Shown here: positions 57,993 to 64,000 of the stretch, in pieces
Layout of the letters: each line of letters starts with the position of its first letter
Numbering within the stretch: the stretch's first letter is position 1
Assembly (NCBI GenBank): GCA_051306005.1
Contig: JBPPMJ010000003.1
Span: 97,764-161,763, forward strand
Origin: Minisyncoccota bacterium
GTDB taxonomy: Bacteria; Patescibacteriota; Minisyncoccia; Moranbacterales; UBA1568
Direction: 5' to 3'
DNA: 64,000 bases
Made by a program: the position numbers and the translations under genes
The notes under the pieces: generated by a model
The model's database searches: none
What the model was told of the DNA's origin: nothing
Seen by the model: only the letters and a program-made list of their open reading frames with translations

Positions 57993-58922
57993 ATGGCAGA
58001 GGCTTTGGTCATCAAAAATGTTGGTAAAACCTATGCCACAGGCGTCCATGCATTGCAAGACGTGAGTCTTACTGTACAGGCAGGGGATTTTTTTGCACTT
58101 CTTGGACCAAATGGAGCAGGGAAAAGTACGCTCATCAATATCGTGTGTGGATTGGTTAATAAGTCAAATGGGACAGTTCATATTGAGGGATTGTCTCTTG
58201 ATGATGATGCGCAAAAAGCCAAAATGCATGTCGGCGTTGTCCCACAAGAATTTAATTTTAGTATTTTTGACACGGTTATTGACATCATTGTTAATCAGGC
58301 TGGTTATTATGGTATCAGTCGGCATCATGCGCTTCCAAAGGCTGAAGCATTGTTGAAAAAGCTTAGTTTGTATGACAAGCGTCATGCTCAGGCTATTACT
58401 CTTTCTGGTGGCATGAAAAGGCGTCTGATGATTGCTCGTGCATTGGTTCATGAACCGACACTACTCATTCTTGATGAGCCGACTGCTGGGGTAGATATTG
58501 AGATTCGTCGTGAAATGTGGAAATTTTTGCGTGCTCTTAATAAATCGGGCACAACGATTATCCTAACCACGCATTATTTGGAAGAAGCTGAACAGTTGTG
58601 TAATCGTGTTGCTATTATGAATGCGGGTTACTTGGTGACGACAGGGTTTGTGCAAGAATTGTTGGGTACTATGGCGATGACGACTTTGGTATTTGACCTT
58701 GAAACACCGCTACCTGAAGCGACAGAAAAACTACTCGAAGATTTTGGAGTGCGCAAAGTGAATCAAGAAACTATCGAAATGACAGTTCATAAAGGGGAGT
58801 CCTTGACTGAAGCAATCATAGCTTTGAGTCGTCTTGATGTCCGTGTCCGAAGTGTGCGTAATAAGACCAATCGTCTGGAAGAATTCTTTCTTCAACAAAT
58901 TAATGATCGACATAACATATGA
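57993..58922 (+). CDS. ABC-2 transporter ATP-binding protein (YadG-like)
   Basis: GPNGAGKST, LSGGMKRR, LDEPTAGVD, THY. Confidence 0.93.
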   Translation: MAEALVIKNVGKTYATGVHALQDVSLTVQAGDFFALLGPNGAGKSTLINIVCGLVNKSNGTVHIEGLSLDDDAQKAKMHVGVVPQEFNFSIFDTVIDIIVNQAGYYGISRHHALPKAEALLKKLSLYDKRHAQAITLSGGMKRRLMIARALVHEPTLLILDEPTAGVDIEIRREMWKFLRALNKSGTTIILTTHYLEEAEQLCNRVAIMNAGYLVTTGFVQELLGTMAMTTLVFDLETPLPEATEKLLEDFGVRKVNQETIEMTVHKGESLTEAIIALSRLDVRVRSVRNKTNRLEEFFLQQINDRHNI

Positions 58923-59692
58923 ATTGGCAACAAATGAGAGCCGCCTATATGACTATCGTGCGAAAAGAGTTTTTTCGGTTGTTTCGCGTGTGGGTGCAAA
59001 CACTTTTACCGCCAGTTATCACTACTTCTCTCTATTTTCTCGTATTTGGTAAATTTATCGGGGCTCAAGTCGCGCCCATTCATGGAGTTGATTACATGAC
59101 GTTTATTGTTCCGGGTATCATTATGATGGCGGTGATTACTCAGTCTTTCATGCATTCTGCATTTGGTTATTATTCTGCTAAGTTTCAGAAGTATCTGGAG
59201 GAGATTTTGGTATCGCCGACTCCATATTGGGTTATGATTCTCGGGTATGTGACCGGAGGTGTTTTGCGCGGATTGGTCACTGGCGCCCTATTGCTTGGTG
59301 TCGCATTCTTTTTTACACCGTTGCATATTGTGAGTCCGCTTCATTTGATTTTGTTTGCCTTGTTATCCGCGATCACTTTTTCACTTGCTGGACTCATCAA
59401 TGCGGTTTTTGCCAAAGATTTTGATAGTATTTCTATTTTTCCAACGTTCGTTTTGACTCCACTGACGTATCTTGCGGGCACTTTTTATTCATTATCTATG
59501 TTGCCGAAAATCTGGAGCGATATATCACGCTGGAATCCGCTTTTGTATATGGTTAATGGATTTCGCTTCGGCTTAATTGGTGTGACGGACGTGAGTCTCT
59601 GGAGCGCATACGTTATTCTGAGTCTTTTTATCGTTGGATTGACAGTGTTGTTGTGGTACTTGTTTGCCAGTGGACGAGGTGTGCGGATGTAA
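58919..59692 (+). CDS. ABC-2 permease (YadH-like)
   Basis: QTLLPPVIT, FIVPG, TPLTYLAGTFY, NPLLYMVNGFR. Confidence 0.92.
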   Translation: MNWQQMRAAYMTIVRKEFFRLFRVWVQTLLPPVITTSLYFLVFGKFIGAQVAPIHGVDYMTFIVPGIIMMAVITQSFMHSAFGYYSAKFQKYLEEILVSPTPYWVMILGYVTGGVLRGLVTGALLLGVAFFFTPLHIVSPLHLILFALLSAITFSLAGLINAVFAKDFDSISIFPTFVLTPLTYLAGTFYSLSMLPKIWSDISRWNPLLYMVNGFRFGLIGVTDVSLWSAYVILSLFIVGLTVLLWYLFASGRGVRM

Positions 59693-59730
59693 AATTATTT
59701 GAAAGAGTATTATATCAACCATTTTTTTGC

Positions 59731-59759
59731 TTGCCATTTAATCGATTCAGTGCTATAAT
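59731..59759 (+). promoter_or_regulatory. Sigma70 promoter of the RRM gene (long 5' UTR)
   Basis: TTGCCA-17-TATAAT with TG extension, ~130 nt before the ATG. Confidence 0.7.
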
Positions 59760-59890
59760 AGAAAAGCAGTAAGTTTTTCTCCCTGAAGTATATTCAGACA
59801 CAAAACTTGGGTTGCCAATCCAGTTTCTTCGGTCAAATAGAATCAGTCGGTGAAGGTCGTCTTACGCAGTAATTTCAAGTGAAATTTGAT

Positions 59891-60208
59891 ATGGCAACCA
59901 AACTTTATGTTGGAGGTGTTTCCTACGGTTCTACCGAGGATAGTTTGCGCGATGCATTCGCTCAGGCAGGTAGTGTTGTTTCCACCAAAATCATCATGGA
60001 CAAAATGACGGGTCGTTCACGTGGTTTTGCGTTTGTCGAGATGGGTTCGGATGACGAAGCTCAAAAGGCTATTACCCTTTGGAATGGTAAAGAACTTGAT
60101 GGGCGTACGTTGACGGTAAACGAAGCTCGTCCGATGGAAGAGCGTGCTCCTCGCAGTGGGGGTGGCCGTGATTTTAACGGTGGTCACCAAAACGAAAGCC
60201 GTTGGTAA
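59891..60208 (+). CDS. RRM RNA-binding protein
   Basis: KLYVGG (RNP2), RGFAFVEM (RNP1), LTVNEARP, Gly-rich tail. Confidence 0.95.
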   Translation: MATKLYVGGVSYGSTEDSLRDAFAQAGSVVSTKIIMDKMTGRSRGFAFVEMGSDDEAQKAITLWNGKELDGRTLTVNEARPMEERAPRSGGGRDFNGGHQNESRW

Positions 60209-60253
60209 CACTCGAAGATCATTCATCAGTAATGTGATGAATGATGATGAGAC

Positions 60254-60288
60254 AAAAAAAAGAATTCCGATTATCGGAATTCTTTTTT
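60254..60288. terminator. Bidirectional terminator
   Basis: A-tract, gaattccga-tta-tcggaattc, T-tract between convergent genes. Confidence 0.8.
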
Positions 60289-60309
60289 GATTTTTCTGTG
60301 TCTGATGAT

Positions 60310-61074
60310 TTACGGTTGGACTGGGGCACTCTCTGTTTCATTCTGCATAGAAACTGGAGGCATGGTATCAGAGTTTCCGTACTCAACATAATAACGAATA
60401 TCGGCATTTTGTTTTTGATGAGCCAACCACTTATCCGCTTCAGTATTGAATTTTTGGCGTTTCAATTGTTCCCGCATTTGATTTCTCATTTCTTCAGTAT
60501 CCGAGTCAGCAGGAATTAAACCGCTGTTTTTGGCGAGATATTGATCTAGCTCCTCATCGCTTACATTTACTGCATCGCCAAGGATTTTTTCGAGTTTTTT
60601 CTGTAGAAACATTTGTTCTTCCAGTTGTTCTTGAGTGATGCCTTGTTGTGCCAGCGCCATTTCCAGAGTAGCACCTTGACTCGAAATTTCAGTTTCCAGT
60701 TTCTTGATTTCTGTGTCTACGTCTGTTTGACTGACAACGATCCCTTGTTTGAGTGTAGCAGTATTAATCAGTTTTTTGGTAATCAGGATGTCTAGCGCTT
60801 GTGATCCAGAGGTTTTTTCCAATTCTCGAATGACACTGAGACGGCTGATAGGAGAACCATCAATACTCACGGCGACAAAGAGACCCCGATACCAGAAGAT
60901 GAGCGCGAGGACTGCCAAAACGATAACACCTATGAATATTTTTTTCTGGTGTTTCTTACAATAAATACCGCATTTTTTGGGACAATATTTTTTGGAGATC
61001 ATCTGAAATGTTCTTTTTGGTGTTTCTGACTTTGTTGTTGTTTCAGACGTATCCTGTGGGTTCATTTTTTCCAT
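60310..61074 (-). CDS. SurA N-terminal-domain chaperone-like protein
   Basis: DGSPISRLSVIRELEK..GSQALDILITKKLI. Confidence 0.8.
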   Translation of the reverse strand: MEKMNPQDTSETTTKSETPKRTFQMISKKYCPKKCGIYCKKHQKKIFIGVIVLAVLALIFWYRGLFVAVSIDGSPISRLSVIRELEKTSGSQALDILITKKLINTATLKQGIVVSQTDVDTEIKKLETEISSQGATLEMALAQQGITQEQLEEQMFLQKKLEKILGDAVNVSDEELDQYLAKNSGLIPADSDTEEMRNQMREQLKRQKFNTEADKWLAHQKQNADIRYYVEYGNSDTMPPVSMQNETESAPVQP

Positions 61075-61229
61075 AAAAATGTTGATTAATAGATGATATT
61101 TTTTGACCTGTATTGTTGTGGCGAACTCTACATTAGTCTAGAACTTGTAACTACCGAGTATTATAATGCTTTTTCGAGGTTATGTCTAGAATGGGAGTTT
61201 GAGGAGATTGGGTTACCATTTTTGGCGAA

Positions 61230-61512
61230 TACAACTTTTGGGCGAAAGAGCAATAATCGGTTCGAACTTGCCATTGCCTTTCTAAAAGAAGCCGACCAAT
61301 CCGAAAAATACGCTCAACAAGAAAATCCCGAAAGGATTCGGGATTTTCTCAAAAAGATTGGTTCGAACTTCCGCATTGCCGGCCGCACTTTGTTTTTGGA
61401 TTTCAAAAATGCCTTCAAAATTGCGAAAAAACACCATGCCGAGGTGCTTTGCGCCGAGGCTGTTTCTTACGATTTCACAAAAAGTGAAAATTGGCGGGCG
61501 TCATCGGTCTAG
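61230..61512 (+). pseudogene. C-terminal remnant of a large serine recombinase
   Basis: NRFELAIAFLKEA...RDFLKKIGSNFRIAGRTL...SENWR; no catalytic domain; ends at TGGCGG (antisense of a tRNA-like CCGCCA). Confidence 0.6.
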
Positions 61513-61697
61513 AACTTTGAGAAATCAAGCCGTTGAGGGATTTCTTAGGGGTCTTGGCCGACGAGCGGATTGAGGAGGTCGGGTCGCGATTTGAGGGGTA
61601 AAACGAGACAAATGAGACAACAGGACAGATTCTGTCTCATTCTACTATTTGAGACAGCGACGTGTCACATGAAATACTAGTACCCTACAATGACTCA

Positions 61698-63254
61698 TCA
61701 CTGCCAAGGAGGCACTCCTTTTATCTGCGATTCGTTCAATTTCCAGAGCCCATTTTCACGGACAAGCCGCCATTGCCCAGTAAATTCCTTCGTTATTAAA
61801 GTATACAGTTCATCACCGAAATCAGTGACGACAAAGGAGGCAGAAACTACGTTTGAATCAGCGGTGACTTCTACTTTTCTCAAAGTAATGAAGTAGGTTT
61901 GTTCAAATCCCATCTTCCAATTCTCAAAGGGAATTTTCTCCTTGCGTCCTACAGAATAGTACTCATATGCATCCTCCAGGAGACCCACCCCCAGCGTATC
62001 ATAATACTTGGCCACTACTTCAGCCTGGTCACTGGGATAATTATTTTCAGTTTCCTCATTTGAGGCCAGTTTTCTTTGTTCAAGCATCTCCGCAATACGT
62101 GTTTCGATTTGCTCAGCTCGTATTGCAAATCCCATATTCTCCGCATTTCGCATGGACAAGGTGTTAATACCCACAACATTCCCACATGAATCCAGTAGTG
62201 GCCCTCCTGAATTCCCCGGATTGAGAGCGGCATCAATCTGAAAATATTGATTATTGTTGTAGGCGTCTATTGTGAGCGCAGAAATAATACCCTTGGTTAT
62301 AGAAACCATTATTCCATCACCAGGAAACCCCATGGCATATACTTCGTCCAGTCGGCCTATCGGAGCCTTTCTCCAGTTAAGCGGGATCGACTGTAAACCA
62401 TTTGCCTCCAGAAGAGCCAGGTCTCGGACAGTATCCGTTGCGATCACATTGGCATCCGCTGTTACACCGTATCTATCTTTGACTTTCAAATCTTTATTAA
62501 AACTCACGACATGATTATTTGTCAGAAAAAGATTAGGGGCGATCATAAACCCGCTCCCACTATTTTCACTGCCTTCTACAAAAACAACGCCTTCAATTGA
62601 CTTGATGACACTCTCATTAGAGCAAAAAAATACTGATTCAATTTTTACCTGATGATAGAGAAACACTACAATTGCCACCAAAAGAATGACAGAAACGACG
62701 GAAACCTTTTGAAAATCAAGTCGCTGATCTTTCTTGCGAAATAGCTTTGTTATGTATCCAAAAAGAGTACCGATAGAAGAACCAATGTTTCCACTCTCAT
62801 TGCCTAAAAAATCTTTCCCTGTAAACTCTATATAGAAAAACTTGGTCGCTACCGAAAGTACCCATCCGCTGGCAATCATCATGAGGCCTTGCATGACAAG
62901 ACTGAAACTGCTTTCTGCTCCATAAAACCACAAGGAAAAAAGGAGGCCAGTGGCAGAATAATATACCCAATTATAATAAAAATCAGTCAATATTTTTTCT
63001 TTTTTAACCCAACGGATGATCAAATGGGATACAAAGACAGTAGGAATGGTTGGAATCAGAAAGAGAAAACACCAATCCCATGGATCCTCTATTATTTCGT
63101 CACCAGACAATTTAACCGAGGCGCATAGCAGGACAAGAATAAAAATCCAAAAATAGAAGATATAGCGAAGAGCTTTTAAGTCTTCTTTGTTTTGTTTCTT
63201 AAATTCTTCTGAGTGTATATCCTCAATCCCAGATTCTTCAAGTTCTTTATTCAT
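61698..63254 (-). CDS. Membrane-bound trypsin-like serine protease
   Basis: N-terminal TM helices; GSGF, TNNHVV, DLALL, NPGNSGGP; extra C-terminal domain. Confidence 0.88.
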   Translation of the reverse strand: MNKELEESGIEDIHSEEFKKQNKEDLKALRYIFYFWIFILVLLCASVKLSGDEIIEDPWDWCFLFLIPTIPTVFVSHLIIRWVKKEKILTDFYYNWVYYSATGLLFSLWFYGAESSFSLVMQGLMMIASGWVLSVATKFFYIEFTGKDFLGNESGNIGSSIGTLFGYITKLFRKKDQRLDFQKVSVVSVILLVAIVVFLYHQVKIESVFFCSNESVIKSIEGVVFVEGSENSGSGFMIAPNLFLTNNHVVSFNKDLKVKDRYGVTADANVIATDTVRDLALLEANGLQSIPLNWRKAPIGRLDEVYAMGFPGDGIMVSITKGIISALTIDAYNNNQYFQIDAALNPGNSGGPLLDSCGNVVGINTLSMRNAENMGFAIRAEQIETRIAEMLEQRKLASNEETENNYPSDQAEVVAKYYDTLGVGLLEDAYEYYSVGRKEKIPFENWKMGFEQTYFITLRKVEVTADSNVVSASFVVTDFGDELYTLITKEFTGQWRLVRENGLWKLNESQIKGVPPWQ

Positions 63255-63396
63255 ATCGTCATTTTCTCATTAGAAAAAAATACTAGAATAGTAGCCGATA
63301 AAGATAACTAGCAAGATAATCCCTAATCAAATCGCTAATTTTTTCTTAAGATGATCCATCGCTCAAAAAGTTTTTCTACTTGTAATTCCATTATCA

Positions 63397-63729
63397 TCAT
63401 TGTGATGATAAAAAATAGAAGTAAAGGGTTAGTACCTTCATGTTATCTTCATTTTTCGATACAGCTGCAACATTTTTTGCAAACCTCAAAAATATGGAGT
63501 TAGCATCCTCTTGCGGAGGCGAACCTTCTGTGAGATAAACCTGGAAAGAACTATATTCCGCCTGTCTTTCATTGAACCGGTCTTCGATAAGAGACTTGAT
63601 TTCATTCTCCTGAAAACCAATTTCACCTATAAGATGTGCTGTATCATTTATGGTTGATTTAAATATTCGATCCATGAATTTAGGTCTTTCCTCATGAACA
63701 AGACACTGCAAAGCATTACGGTCAACCAT
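63397..63729 (-). CDS. Hypothetical protein
   Basis: ORF overlapping the upstream stop codon; no motif. Confidence 0.45.
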   Translation of the reverse strand: MVDRNALQCLVHEERPKFMDRIFKSTINDTAHLIGEIGFQENEIKSLIEDRFNERQAEYSSFQVYLTEGSPPQEDANSIFLRFAKNVAAVSKNEDNMKVLTLYFYFLSSQ

Positions 63730-63988
63730 TGATCGATGAATCGTATACTTTGTCTTTACCCTCCAGAAGTGATGTCGCTACCCCTCCCGCCAGGAGGTTA
63801 ATATATTTCGGAAGCATTAATAACACATGCTCTGCGTCTGTAGCATCTGCCCAAATAATTAGCTTTTCGTCAATACCAACACCTCCAGACGAAGCTGAAA
63901 CATGATGGGGTATAGGATCCTCTGCTGGAACATCTACTGGTTCAGCAGGATCGTCACCCCACTCCTTCTTAGTTTCCAGACCGAACAA
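63722..63988 (-). CDS. Hypothetical protein (probably 5'-incomplete at the window end)
   Basis: Open frame near the edge; no motif. Confidence 0.4.
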   Translation of the reverse strand: MFGLETKKEWGDDPAEPVDVPAEDPIPHHVSASSGGVGIDEKLIIWADATDAEHVLLMLPKYINLLAGGVATSLLEGKDKVYDSSING

Positions 63989-64000
63989 ATTTTCGAAAAA

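Larger units (their letters stand above)
61494..64000. mobile_element. End of a second related integrative element (continues beyond the window)
   Basis: 61491-61670 is homologous, inverted, to 48830-48988; sequence style changes. Confidence 0.6.

Noticed and set aside
1-64000. CRISPR array, cas genes, reverse transcriptase (retron/DGR) or IS transposase
   Set aside because: I saw no regularly spaced repeat-spacer array, no YxDD RT ORF and no DDE/HUH transposase.
1-64000. Alternative genetic code (TGA read-through as in Gracilibacteria/SR1)
   Set aside because: Conserved genes are full length in code 11 and several end in TGA at the expected place.

Overview
64 kb of a small-genome bacterium using genetic code 11. 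Gene content and style fit Patescibacteria/CPR (Parcubacteria-like); this is inference, not a database result. The backbone carries vanW-like, hsp20, prsW-like, valS, tsaD, GH1, GT2, recG, a class-IV aminotransferase, apbE, bcp, an SDR, a PIF1-like helicase, an ABC-2 pair, an RRM protein and 9 tRNAs. Three accessory regions interrupt it. (1) A ~3.7 kb recombinase-less islet (14493-18242) at the 3' end of tRNA-Arg(CCG), built from gene fragments bounded by three pairs of perfect inverted repeats. (2) A ~29.7 kb element (19263-48984) integrated at the tRNA-Ser 3' end. It encodes a large serine recombinase, TerS/TerL, two methylases, a type III R-M system, a membrane protein overlapping a portal-like gene and a CsoR-controlled copper/Dsb cargo, but no recognisable capsid, tail or conjugation genes. 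(3) The start of a second element with a homologous end sequence at ~61494, running off the window. Top candidates for new biology are the capsid-less terminase/portal element family with its conserved ends, the repeat-delimited fragment mosaic, two unannotated structured RNAs, and a ferric-reductase-like protein lacking its heme histidines. All homology calls are by eye.
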